The position numbers and the translations under genes are program-made. A stretch of 63,439 nt of DNA, filler included. It is 6 parts of 6 records of this genome, joined end to end, with 100 filler letters (N's around TTAATTAATTAA, not from the genome) between each part and the next. Parts side by side here need not be neighbours in the genome. Positions count along the whole stretch, not along the records: positions 1 to 8,264 come from SRR31147125_9672; positions 8,365 to 16,361 come from SRR31147125_9673; 4 more parts are not named here. One strand, written 5' to 3'. Shown here one piece after another: positions 1 through 12,892 of the stretch. Below the pieces are notes generated by a model. The model searched no databases. It was not told the origin of the DNA and saw only the letters and a list, made by a program, of their open reading frames with translations. Numbering within the stretch: the stretch's first letter is position 1; the number at the start of each line of letters is the position of its first letter.

Positions 1-3000
1 CTATCAAAACAATACTCTGTTGATTTTAAGAACAGTACAGCCAAAGATGTGTTAGACAAAGTTCTGGATGGTTCAGGTTCAACATTCAAATGTATCGATA
101 AGATTATAGTTATTTCATCGTCTTTGAATGACCAGCAAATTGTTGTTAAAGGTAAAATTACCGACATTGAAGGTAACCCTTTACCAGGAGTTAATGTTGT
201 TGAAAAAGGCACAACCAACGGAGCTGTAACAAACCTCGACGGCGAATATACCATTTCAATAAGTTCTCCCGATGCTGTTTTAAGTTTTTCGTATGTAGGT
301 TATTTAACGGAAGAAATTGAAGTATCTGGTAAAACTATTGTTGATTTATCGATGATTGAAGACATCCAATCGTTAGAAGAGGTTGTTGTTGTTGGGTATG
401 GCATACAGAAAAAGGTTAATCTAACCGGTTCGGTTTCATCCATATCTTCAGAAAAAATGACACAACGGCCTGCTTTAAGGGCAGATCAGATGTTACAAGG
501 CCTGGCACCTGGAGTTACCGTTTCTGAATTCAGTGGGAGTCCAGGAAGTACTCCAACTGTAACAATCCGCGGTTTAGGCACCTTAGGAAACAACGCCCCA
601 TTAGTTATTATTGACGGAGTCCCAGGAAGCTTTGATATGATCGATCCGGGAAGTATAGAATCAATGTCAGTACTTAAAGATGCAGCCTCAGCAGCTATTT
701 ATGGCTCACGCGCTGCCGGTGGCGTGGTTTTAATTACAACAAAACGTGGCGAAAAAAGTGGGATAAAAGTATCATACGATGGATTTGCCGGGATACAATC
801 TCCCATTGACTTGCCTGAGTTCTTGGGTGCGGCAGACTATTTAAAATATTATAACGAGGCGCTTAAAAATGAAACAGGGACTGATCAAAATTTTCAACCT
901 ACAAATCCTAACAATGATACTGACTGGATCAAAGAAACACTCAAAAAAGGAGCTGTTAGGCAACAACACGTTTTATCATTTAGTGGTGGCACGGAAAATA
1001 TACGTTCAAATGTAGCACTTACATATCAAAATCAGGAAGGTATAATTGCTAATTCTAATTTTGAAAGATTCTCTCTTCGGGCTAATAATGATTTTATTGC
1101 TTCAAACAGGTTAAAATTCTCATTTGATATTTCAGCAAAAAGAGATGTTGATGAAGAGCCTGGAATTTCTGAAGAAATTGTCTTCAGCCAAATGAGAAGG
1201 ATACCTCCTATATACTCAGCCATAAACTTTGATGGCACATATGGAGAAGGCTGGAACGGCGGAAACCCAGTGGCATATGCAGAAGCTACAGGTCTTCAAA
1301 AAATGACTTCAGACATGTTGTTCTTAAACCTCGGTGGAGATCTAGATATTGCAAATGGTTTAAATTTTTCTGTTTCTTTCTCACCAATCCTTGAAGATAT
1401 GAGAAACAATAATTTTTATAAACCGTTTGAATACAGAACATATGATGGAGACAATAACCTATTAACTGTAGCCATGAACACTGACAATGCTAGTCTTTAT
1501 GAAAATTCTGCACAAAGGATGAGTGTTACATCAAAGGCTTTACTTTCATTTACAAAATCATTTGGTGATAATAATATCAATATTTTAGCCGGTACTGAGT
1601 TAGTTAATCAAAAAACAGAGTTTACATCAGCACAAAGAACTGGTTTTATATTACCTGAGTTCAGAGTTTTAGATGCAGGTGATGTTGGGAGCTCAGCACT
1701 TTCAGGAAGCACATACGAAAATGCTCTTCTATCATATTTTGGTAGATTTAATTACAATTTTAAAAATAAGTATCTGATCGAATTTAATGGGCGTTATGAT
1801 GGATCATCAAGATTCTCCAAAGATAATAGGTGGGGATTCTTTCCTTCCGTTTCAGCAGGATGGCGTTTAAGTGAAGAAGATTTCTTTAATGTTACAGTAT
1901 TTGACGAATTAAAAATACGTGGTTCTTGGGGACAGTTGGGCAACCAATTTGTTAAGGGGAATAACAGCACTTTATCAAATGCTTCCTATTTCCCATATTT
2001 ATCAATGTTCGAAATTGATGGAATTGCTATTGTTGATAATGAACTTCAGTCATCAGGTGCCATAAAAACTGTCGCTAATAACAATTTAAGCTGGGAAACT
2101 ACTTCAATGGTTGATGTTGGTTTTGATCTATCCGTAATGGAAAGAAGGTTAATTGCAACATTTGATTATTACGTTAAAAGGACAACAGATATCTTGTTAG
2201 ATAAACCGATATCGAAAACTATTGGTTTAAATCCCGCGCCAATTAATGCTGGCGAGGTAGAAAACAAGGGTTGGGAACTTGCATTAACATATAGAAATAG
2301 TGTAGGTGACTTTGGCTACCATGTTACAGGTGTAATATCAGACGTAAAAAACAAGATAGTTTCACTTAATGATGGAACTATAATTTCAGGATTTCAAATT
2401 CAAGAAGAAGGAGAAGAAATGAACTCTTTATTTGGTTACAAAACTGATGGCCTACTCTCTGAAAGTGAAATTGATGAAAATGGAAAATACATGGGGCTAT
2501 CTTTAAAACCTGGTGATATTAAATATGTTGATATAAGTGGTCCTGACGGTGTACCTGATGGAGTTATTACCGATGATGACAGGACAATCATTGGAAGCAG
2601 GATACCAAGGATGACGTATAGCCTTGATCTTGGGATGAACTACAAAAACTTTGACTTTAGAGTTTTCTTACAAGGTGTAGGTAAAATAAATGGTTATCTT
2701 ACATCAGATGCTGCATGGGCATTCAATAATACTTCCGGTAAAATAACCAAATGGCAGGCTGAAAACAGATGGGATCCAGCAAATCCTGATCCAAATGCTA
2801 AATATCCAAGGTTATGGCAAAACACTAGCAATATAAACCAGAGAAATTCTGATTTTTGGGTTCTTGACGCATCATATCTCAAATTAAAGAATATTGTTTT
2901 GGGGTATAATATTGTATCAGAATCACTAAGCAAGGTAGGTTTATCAAAATTAAGAGTGTATTTAAGTGGTCAAAATGTACTTAATTTCGACAAAATGGAA

Positions 3001-3087
3001 GGTATTGATGCCGAAGCTCCGCTCGGTGGCGTAGATTATTATCCACAACTCGCCGTTTATGCGTTCGGGATAAATGCAACATTTTAA
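1..3087 (+). CDS. susC: SusC/RagA family TonB-dependent outer membrane transporter (5' end beyond window)
   Basis: Frame open from base 1; CarboxypepD-like domain (GNPLPGVNVVEKGTTNG), plug motif VLKDAASAAIYGSRAAGGVVLITTKRG, RYDGSSRF, C-terminal F. Confidence 0.95.
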   Translation, partial: LSKQYSVDFKNSTAKDVLDKVLDGSGSTFKCIDKIIVISSSLNDQQIVVKGKITDIEGNPLPGVNVVEKGTTNGAVTNLDGEYTISISSPDAVLSFSYVGYLTEEIEVSGKTIVDLSMIEDIQSLEEVVVVGYGIQKKVNLTGSVSSISSEKMTQRPALRADQMLQGLAPGVTVSEFSGSPGSTPTVTIRGLGTLGNNAPLVIIDGVPGSFDMIDPGSIESMSVLKDAASAAIYGSRAAGGVVLITTKRGEKSGIKVSYDGFAGIQSPIDLPEFLGAADYLKYYNEALKNETGTDQNFQPTNPNNDTDWIKETLKKGAVRQQHVLSFSGGTENIRSNVALTYQNQEGIIANSNFERFSLRANNDFIASNRLKFSFDISAKRDVDEEPGISEEIVFSQMRRIPPIYSAINFDGTYGEGWNGGNPVAYAEATGLQKMTSDMLFLNLGGDLDIANGLNFSVSFSPILEDMRNNNFYKPFEYRTYDGDNNLLTVAMNTDNASLYENSAQRMSVTSKALLSFTKSFGDNNINILAGTELVNQKTEFTSAQRTGFILPEFRVLDAGDVGSSALSGSTYENALLSYFGRFNYNFKNKYLIEFNGRYDGSSRFSKDNRWGFFPSVSAGWRLSEEDFFNVTVFDELKIRGSWGQLGNQFVKGNNSTLSNASYFPYLSMFEIDGIAIVDNELQSSGAIKTVANNNLSWETTSMVDVGFDLSVMERRLIATFDYYVKRTTDILLDKPISKTIGLNPAPINAGEVENKGWELALTYRNSVGDFGYHVTGVISDVKNKIVSLNDGTIISGFQIQEEGEEMNSLFGYKTDGLLSESEIDENGKYMGLSLKPGDIKYVDISGPDGVPDGVITDDDRTIIGSRIPRMTYSLDLGMNYKNFDFRVFLQGVGKINGYLTSDAAWAFNNTSGKITKWQAENRWDPANPDPNAKYPRLWQNTSNINQRNSDFWVLDASYLKLKNIVLGYNIVSESLSKVGLSKLRVYLSGQNVLNFDKMEGIDAEAPLGGVDYYPQLAVYAFGINATF

Positions 3088-3116
3088 TACATACTAAATT
3101 CTTAAAAATAATAATC

Positions 3117-4787
3117 ATGAAATTATTAAAATATAATATATTGTTTTTGTTGTTGCTAACAGTAAGTTGTGAAGATTATTTAGACAAACTCCCCAGCAAT
3201 GCACCGTCATCTTCAAATGTATTGTCAAACAAAGAAGAATTGCAGTTAGCAATAAACTCAGCTTATGAGCATCTGGACTATAAATATGTTTGGTACGGAG
3301 CATATGAATATTCCTCAACACTTGTTTTAGACGCTTTTAGTGATATTGGATGGAATCGAGGCGATGGAAGTATTCAAAAAGTAGCTGAAGGGGAAATGAC
3401 ATCCGACCTGGGAATCCTGAATACATACTGGACTTACTATTACCAGGGTATCGCCAAGGTAAATAACATCATTGACAACATTGATCGTGCTGTTGAAAAT
3501 ACCGATCAAACTGATATAGATCACTTTCTGGGAGAAGCTTTGTTTATCAGGGCATTTTGTTATTACCAACTAGCTACTTTATACGGTGACGTAGTTTTAC
3601 ATACGACAACACCTGATGCTTCAGGAACATCAAATTTTCCTGTAAGCCCTCAAAGTACAGTATTGGAACAAGTTCGTGACGATATTGACTTAGCAATTGA
3701 TTTGTTGCCGGCTCAGGAATCATCTAAAAACATTGCTAACAAATACACTGCACTTGCCCTAAAAGCAAGAGTTGCACTATATATGGAAGACTATACAGTT
3801 GCTGCTGCTGCTGCAAAAAATGTAATTGATAACGGTGGGTACACACTATATAATAATTTTAGGGAAATGTTTACATCTGCTGGTGAAAACAACAGTGAAG
3901 TTATCTTAAGCTCAGGCTCTTTAACAGATTACAAAGATTATGCTGCAGTGCAAATTTGGGGGCCTAGGAGATCTGGTGGAGATGGTTGGGCTATTGTAAT
4001 CCCATTAAGAGAATTAGTAGATTCGTATGAAACAACAAATGGTTTGCCTGTAGATGAAGATCCCTTGTTCGATCCAATGAACCCTTACGAAAACAGGGAT
4101 CCAAGGCTGAAAGCAACTGTATTCACAAATGGAGATGTTGATTCATATTATGATCCAAATTTCACATATTATGTAGATCCTAGTCAAAGTACTGCTGATG
4201 TAACAAGCGCTGCCGCTTCTTATTCTGGATTCTGCTATAAAAAATATGTCGATGCTGAAGGCCTTGAAAATAAAGCAAATGGAGGAATCGATGTTGTACT
4301 GTTTCGTTTGGCGGAAATGTATTTAATATATGCAGAAGCAAATATAGAAAACACAAGTGGGGATGTCAATGAAGCTATTAATGCACTAAATGAGGTTCGT
4401 GCTAGAGCCTATGGTGTAGCATCATCCGATATGGATAATTATCCTGAAGTTACAACAACAGACAGAACTGAATTAAGAAGGATTCTAAGAAGGGAAAGAA
4501 AAGTTGAATTAGCGGGAGAAGGTTTTAGGTTAATAGATATTAGACGATGGAAAATTGCAGAAGATGTCATGCCCGGTAAATTATACGGAAGAGCAATGAC
4601 TACAGAAGCATGGCAAAAGAACTTCCAAGTTCCTGTGATCGACGATATAACAGGGCGCGTAAGGTACACAGACGAATCCGGCTTTGAAAAGGCAATGGGT
4701 TCCGGTTCAAGAAGTTTCAATCCTGCTGTTGATTATTTCTGGTTGATCCCATTAAGTGAAACTGATGCAAATATTGGCATCAATTAA
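3117..4787 (+). CDS. susD: SusD/RagB family glycan-binding lipoprotein
   Basis: Lipobox LTVSC; motifs GEALFIRA, RDPRL, FRLAEMYLIYAEA, ERKVELAGEGFRLIDIRRW; directly follows susC. Confidence 0.95.
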   Translation: MKLLKYNILFLLLLTVSCEDYLDKLPSNAPSSSNVLSNKEELQLAINSAYEHLDYKYVWYGAYEYSSTLVLDAFSDIGWNRGDGSIQKVAEGEMTSDLGILNTYWTYYYQGIAKVNNIIDNIDRAVENTDQTDIDHFLGEALFIRAFCYYQLATLYGDVVLHTTTPDASGTSNFPVSPQSTVLEQVRDDIDLAIDLLPAQESSKNIANKYTALALKARVALYMEDYTVAAAAAKNVIDNGGYTLYNNFREMFTSAGENNSEVILSSGSLTDYKDYAAVQIWGPRRSGGDGWAIVIPLRELVDSYETTNGLPVDEDPLFDPMNPYENRDPRLKATVFTNGDVDSYYDPNFTYYVDPSQSTADVTSAAASYSGFCYKKYVDAEGLENKANGGIDVVLFRLAEMYLIYAEANIENTSGDVNEAINALNEVRARAYGVASSDMDNYPEVTTTDRTELRRILRRERKVELAGEGFRLIDIRRWKIAEDVMPGKLYGRAMTTEAWQKNFQVPVIDDITGRVRYTDESGFEKAMGSGSRSFNPAVDYFWLIPLSETDANIGIN

Positions 4788-4831
4788 ATTTTCTGATAGT
4801 TAGTAGTTAGCAGTTATAATAGTTTGTTAGT

Positions 4832-4860
4832 AGAGGCATTCAGAATTGAATGCCTCTTTT
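4832..4860 (+). terminator. Intrinsic terminator after susD
   Basis: AGAGGCATTCA-gaat-TGAATGCCTCT followed by T run. Confidence 0.8.
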
Positions 4861-4885
4861 ATAATAATCTCATAAAAAATAATAA

Positions 4886-8187
<3,302 letters not shown>

Positions 8188-8264
8188 TTAATATGTTTTA
8201 TCAGTAGCGACCGACCAAAATTAATTAACGTCATTTCGGGCAAAATAAATTATAAAATTATGTT

Positions 8265-8364
8265 NNNNNNNNNNNNNNNNNNNNNNNNNNNNNNNNNNNN
8301 NNNNNNNNTTAATTAATTAANNNNNNNNNNNNNNNNNNNNNNNNNNNNNNNNNNNNNNNNNNNN
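8265..8364. other. Contig-join spacer
   Basis: N run with TTAATTAATTAA linker; gene content changes across it. Confidence 0.98.
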
Positions 8365-9037
8365 CCCCGAGTCGGAACAGACGTCCGTAGCAAATAACGC
8401 CAATAGCAACAATCATAATTAGAGTTCTCAATCCGAGATAATTCAGATCAAGAGAGCGATAGAGAAGACTGTGACTGAAAAACAGTCCTAAGGGCGCTAG
8501 AAGAAGACCACCACCGACCACTTCAGTTTTGATCTGCCAACGCTGTAATGAGTGTAGTCCCGAAAAAGTTCTTTCAAGTTGAACCAAGCCAAACACGAGG
8601 TAGAGCATCAGAAGTAAATAAACTGCAAAACCACTGCGGCTGAGATAAACAATTTTTTCTTCAGCAAAATCGGGTGAAAAAATCAGCTCATCAACAGGAA
8701 CTGTGCAGGTAAAAATGAATAGAAAGAGCGCAAGACAAACCGAGACCCAGAATCCCGGACCTTTATAGATTTCAGAATTATCGCGAAAAACCGTCTTCGT
8801 ATAGTAGTAGAAACCAAAGGTCATCAGCGTCTGAAGCGGTAACAGGGCCCCATAGTACGCCAGGAGGTTTTCAGGGTTGGATAGCAGCAATAAATGGACA
8901 GCGTTGAGACCGGCCATGGTTCCCAGACCACCGCCCAGGAAAGTTGTCGCGGCAGGATAAATTCTTTTGATGAACAGCACGACCAGAGCGACAAGACAAA
9001 CGGCAATATTCAACCACAAGAAAATCTGCGTCAACAT
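8365..9037 (-). CDS. prsK: XrtA/PEP-CTERM system histidine kinase, N-terminal membrane region (truncated by contig end)
   Basis: Multi-TM N-terminus with LVQLERTF and RWQIK motifs recalled as typical of PrsK; same locus as exosortase and epsI. Confidence 0.7.
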
Positions 9038-9143
9038 AGTGATTCAGCCTCAGAAGGGATTCAGATTGAACCCGGGAATGATATCACTGAAATTGGGATT
9101 TGACTACCGGAAGGCATTGTCAGGTCCTGAAAATATTGAATAG

Positions 9144-9322
9144 CACAGATGCACGCAGAGCACAGAAGAAAACCTAATAAATCTCCATCCACTGAGAACA
9201 CTGAAGAAAACTGTTTTGTTGAGATTTGTTTGAAAAAAATCGTGATTCAGTGATTTCTCCTTGGCAGGGCTAAAGCAAAGCCTCAATCTGTCTTTATCCG
9301 GCTTTTTCTGTGTAATCCGTGG
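9144..9322. repeat. Degenerate short-period inverted repeats (CACAGA/CACTGA type)
   Basis: CACAGATGCACGCAGAGCACAGA at 9144, CCACTGAGAACACTGA at 9189, TCAGTG at 9247, TCTGTGTAATCCGTGG at 9307. Confidence 0.5.
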
Positions 9323-9337
9323 ACCAACAGACCCATA

Positions 9338-10702
9338 TCAAGGGATCTCAATCCGAGCGTCAGGTAATATGCGCTGCAACTCTCCTTGCAATACTTTTTT
9401 AGCCTTACCGTCTCCATGAACCAGGATAATTTTCTTCGGCCTGTGCCGCATCCGTTTGACAAAGTTGATCAGATTTTTCTGGTCGGCGTGTGCCGAATAG
9501 CCGCTGATGGTATGCACCCCGGCGTTGATCTGATATTTCTTTCCATCCAACCAAACGTAGCCATGATCGGGGCCGTACTCCTGGATTTGGCGGCCCGGTG
9601 TCCCCTTTGCCTGATAACCAATGAACAGAACATCGGTGCGCTGATCACCAAGCAGTTTTTTAAGATAATTCACGATTCTGCCACCGTTACACATGCCGCT
9701 ACCGGCAATCATAATGCAGGGGCGCGCTTTCTTCTGCAGGTACTCAACCGTGTTCAGATGATCCTGATGTGAGTCGATGGTGGTTAATTGCGCAAAACTG
9801 AGCGGATGACGTCCGGAGTTAATCCGCTTGCGCGCTTCGGCATCCCAGTACGGTTTAAGGGTTCGATAGACGTTCGTGAAATGATTGGCCAGCGGAGAAT
9901 CAACGATCACTTCCAGATCATCCCAGGGTAAATCTGTGGTGACCTGCTGCCCTCGAAGTCGATGGATCAGATCTTCGATTTCATACAGCAACTCCTGGGT
10001 CCGACCGAGGCTGAACGCCGGAATCAGAATCACACCCCGGTCGGTCAATGCGCCTTGAATCACCTGCTGAAGACGGACACGTCGGTTGCGCCGACCTTCA
10101 TGAAGACGATCCCCATAGGTACTTTCCAAAACCAGCGTATCGGCCCGGTACGGCGCACGAGGTGCCGGAAGCAAAGGCGCGTAAGGCGCACCCAGATCCC
10201 CGGAAAAAACGACCCTTTCACCGTTCACATCACATTCCACGTAAGCAGAACCCAGAATATGACCAGCAGGTTTTAACTTGATTGACAATTTGTCCGAACC
10301 CTGCCCCACCGATTCCCAGGCATTGTAAGGAAGAGGAACAATCATCCGAACCAAATGCTTAAGAAACCTGTCAATCAATCCTCGATTTCGGGTAAAGCCG
10401 ATTTTAACCGCATCCTCCAGCATCAGCGGGAGCAAACTGGCCGAAGCCTCACTGCAATAGATCGGTCCATTAAAGCCTGCAGCCAGCAGATAAGGAATCC
10501 TCCCGACATGATCAATATGCACATGGGTGACGATCAGAGCTTTGACAGAATCGACAGGAAAATCGATTTCCAAACTCTTCTCTTCATCTCCCTGAAACAG
10601 ACCGCAGTCAATCAGAACAGAAGCATCAGAAGCGTATTGGAGTTCATGGCAGGAACCGGTCACACCGGTCGTCGCACCGTGGAAATGCAGTTGTGGATAC
10701 AT
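9338..10702 (-). CDS. MBL-fold metallo-hydrolase with beta-CASP domain (putative ribonuclease)
   Basis: VTGSCH, DCGLFQG, THVHIDHVG, AGHILGS, FSGDLG, ESTYGDR, SGMCNGGR, YSAHADQ, VHGD; ATG at 10702 with GGGGGA RBS. Confidence 0.9.
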   Translation of the reverse strand: MYPQLHFHGATTGVTGSCHELQYASDASVLIDCGLFQGDEEKSLEIDFPVDSVKALIVTHVHIDHVGRIPYLLAAGFNGPIYCSEASASLLPLMLEDAVKIGFTRNRGLIDRFLKHLVRMIVPLPYNAWESVGQGSDKLSIKLKPAGHILGSAYVECDVNGERVVFSGDLGAPYAPLLPAPRAPYRADTLVLESTYGDRLHEGRRNRRVRLQQVIQGALTDRGVILIPAFSLGRTQELLYEIEDLIHRLRGQQVTTDLPWDDLEVIVDSPLANHFTNVYRTLKPYWDAEARKRINSGRHPLSFAQLTTIDSHQDHLNTVEYLQKKARPCIMIAGSGMCNGGRIVNYLKKLLGDQRTDVLFIGYQAKGTPGRQIQEYGPDHGYVWLDGKKYQINAGVHTISGYSAHADQKNLINFVKRMRHRPKKIILVHGDGKAKKVLQGELQRILPDARIEIP

Positions 10703-10728
10703 GATCCCCCCATATTTGAGAATCATTC

Positions 10729-10830
10729 TGACAGGATCAACAGGATGTAATCGGATTATTGGCTTTTAACTCTAGTAAAAGATCTTCTAGAATTAAATAT
10801 CAGACTTAATCAGAACGTCATCCTGTCAAA
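10729..10830 (+). mobile_element. MITE-like internal-deletion derivative of the GxxExxY cassette, inverted orientation
   Basis: Left end TGACAGGATCAACAGGAT-GT-AATCGGAT matches the cassette upstream end; right end AAATATCAGACTTAATCAGAACGTCATCCTGTCAAA aligns with the GxxExxY 3' end and downstream repeat. Confidence 0.65.
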
Positions 10831-10893
10831 GATTTTGAACTGAATCATTTTCAGGTTTTTATCTGCGGCTAAAATAACAAGAAGATCTACTCG

Positions 10894-11532
10894 CTATTTC
10901 GGTAACGACTCCTGAATCGCAGGCAAAAAAGCAGTGATAAAATCCTCCCCAATCAAACGCGCCTTCTCTTCATCCTCACCAATCATTACAGACAGGCGAA
11001 TAAAAGAAGAGTCCCGTCGATTATCCAGAAATGAATTCTTCGCCATGGCAAATTTAAGAGCATATTCATTGGTGAGAAACTTATCGCGCACCTGGAACCA
11101 GTAGAGGAACATCTGTTTTTGAGCGTCTTTCTGATAGGTTGCTCTGACATAATCGACGGGTTGACCAGCAACGCTCACAATTCGTGCCTCGTCGTCCAGC
11201 CTGTTCCAACCACTCCCCGGCAGGCATTGCTTCGGCGAGTGAATCGGACCACTATCAGGCCCGCCATCATGATAGCCGATGTAAAGAGACAACCGCTCAC
11301 CCTGACTGTTTTCATAAGTCCGCGAGAGATAGTCAGAAGGCAATAAAACTGCCAACACTCGCTCATCAAACCGCGCCTGCCCCGTCATCACCCAATCCCC
11401 TGCTCTCTGTGGGAAGAGATTCAAAGGTTTGTTCACAGGAACAGATGCCTCGGAACGGGTATGAACGTACACCGCTGCTAACCCGAGGAGGAGGTACAGA
11501 ACGATAAAACGCCATGTTTTGATTGGTTGCAT
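10894..11532 (-). CDS. epsI: EpsI family exosortase-associated protein
   Basis: N-terminal TM, DYLSRTY, LYIGYH, IHSPKQCLPGSGW, YWFQ; ATG at 11532 (TTG at 11544 is an alternative start). Confidence 0.9.
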   Translation of the reverse strand: MQPIKTWRFIVLYLLLGLAAVYVHTRSEASVPVNKPLNLFPQRAGDWVMTGQARFDERVLAVLLPSDYLSRTYENSQGERLSLYIGYHDGGPDSGPIHSPKQCLPGSGWNRLDDEARIVSVAGQPVDYVRATYQKDAQKQMFLYWFQVRDKFLTNEYALKFAMAKNSFLDNRRDSSFIRLSVMIGEDEEKARLIGEDFITAFLPAIQESLPK

Positions 11533-11549
11533 ATAAACTCTCAAGCAGA

Positions 11550-12009
11550 TTTGACAGGATCAACAGGATTACTTCTAATTTGAAGTCAGATATTTTCTTT
11601 TGACTTCTACCTTGGATTCTCCAAAGTTTATCAGTAGTCCGATTGAAATGTCAGTTGCAGCAAGGTAATTCACCAATTGAACTTCATGTGCAACAGCCAA
11701 ATTTTTTACCGCTTTTAATTCAACAATTATTTTGTCATCAACAACAAGATCTGCGATGAAGAAACCAACGGGTTGCCCTTCATAAAAGACCGTCAAGCTT
11801 TTTTGTGCTTGCATGGGAATTTGCAGCTTCTTTAATTCAATTTCAAAAGCTTTCTCATAGACACTTTCTAAAAAACCACTTCCTAACACGTTATATATTC
11901 GATAAGCACAACCAATAATCATCTCTGACAAATCAGCATGATCCATGTCCCCTCTCCCAAAACATTGTTCAGATTTATTATCCGATTCTATCCTGTTGAT
12001 CCTGTCAAA
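11550..12009 (-). mobile_element. GxxExxY gene cassette bounded by perfect 20-bp inverted repeats
   Basis: TTTGACAGGATCAACAGGAT at 11550-11569 and its exact reverse complement at 11990-12009; lies between exosortase and epsI. Confidence 0.65.
11575..11946 (-). CDS. GxxExxY protein (PD-(D/E)xK nuclease-like)
   Basis: GFLESVY signature, ADLVV and VELKA, QLVNYL, GLLINFG; 123 aa; GAGGGG RBS. Confidence 0.93.
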   Translation of the reverse strand: MDHADLSEMIIGCAYRIYNVLGSGFLESVYEKAFEIELKKLQIPMQAQKSLTVFYEGQPVGFFIADLVVDDKIIVELKAVKNLAVAHEVQLVNYLAATDISIGLLINFGESKVEVKRKYLTSN

Positions 12010-12012
12010 AGA

Positions 12013-12855
12013 TCAGTTAAAGATTTTCCTCACCACCCCACCACTCACAAACAACAGAACCATCGCCAGAATAAAAACCCCCATCCCGGCAAACTCATGG
12101 AAAAAGCCTTCAGCCGCTGCAGCACCATAATACTGAGCCAGAAAACCGGTTCCAATGACACGAATCATGTTGGTGAAAACGGCAATCGGAACGGACAAGA
12201 CGACAAGTATAATCATCGCCGTTTTTTTCTTCTGCGACACAACTGCTAAAGCAACCCCAAGGCACAATAATGACATCAACGACCGTAACCCACTGCAGGC
12301 ATCAGCCACTTCCAGGGTAATGTGCGGGAACATGATGATGTTCCCTTCCCGCAAAACAATGACGTTCATCAATTTCAGGACAATAACGGAAAACTTGGCA
12401 ACAAAAAGCTTCAGTGGAAATGCAATGGCATCATAAATAATATAGGGCAATGGAATCATGAAAAACAGAAAACCAACCGGCAACAAAAGCTCTTTCATCC
12501 ACTGCCAGCCCAACAGAAAAACGATCATTCCGGCCAGCAGGAAAACCATGGAAGAACGTTGCGTAAAATATTCCTGAGCTGCCACACCCGCAATAAGGAC
12601 AACGACAGAAAATAAAATCAGGAGTAAGCCGGTATTCGCAGGTTTGATCGATACATCTTGTATTTTATCTCTTTTCTGCCAGAGAAAATATGCCGAGATC
12701 AGTGGAACCAGGAGCCCATGGGAATAATTTGGGTCATTAATCCAATCACCGTAGAGGTGCTGAATTATGTTGAAATAGGTCAATACAAACAGAGGGGCCA
12801 GCCCTCCCCAAAGAACGATCTTTCCTGTCCCAAAATCACTGTTCAGATGTAACAT
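12013..12855 (-). CDS. xrtA: Exosortase (EpsH/XrtA family)
   Basis: Multi-TM; YSHGLLVP, VADACSGLRS (catalytic Cys), NMIRV (Arg), FFHEFAG (His). Confidence 0.9.
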   Translation of the reverse strand: MLHLNSDFGTGKIVLWGGLAPLFVLTYFNIIQHLYGDWINDPNYSHGLLVPLISAYFLWQKRDKIQDVSIKPANTGLLLILFSVVVLIAGVAAQEYFTQRSSMVFLLAGMIVFLLGWQWMKELLLPVGFLFFMIPLPYIIYDAIAFPLKLFVAKFSVIVLKLMNVIVLREGNIIMFPHITLEVADACSGLRSLMSLLCLGVALAVVSQKKKTAMIILVVLSVPIAVFTNMIRVIGTGFLAQYYGAAAAEGFFHEFAGMGVFILAMVLLFVSGGVVRKIFN

Positions 12856-12892
12856 GTATCACCGCTTCCCGATCTTATTCTGATCTGTTTCG

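Noticed and set aside
4797-4833. TAG/TAGT-rich run after susD
   Set aside because: Short low-complexity spacer with no regular unit or spacer structure.
9261-9277. Sigma-54-like TGGCAG-N5-AAGC
   Set aside because: Poor -12 element and points away from prsK.
11547-12013. AGAT as a target-site duplication of the GxxExxY cassette
   Set aside because: Overlaps the repeat on one side and is not duplicated around the 10729 copy; too ambiguous to claim.
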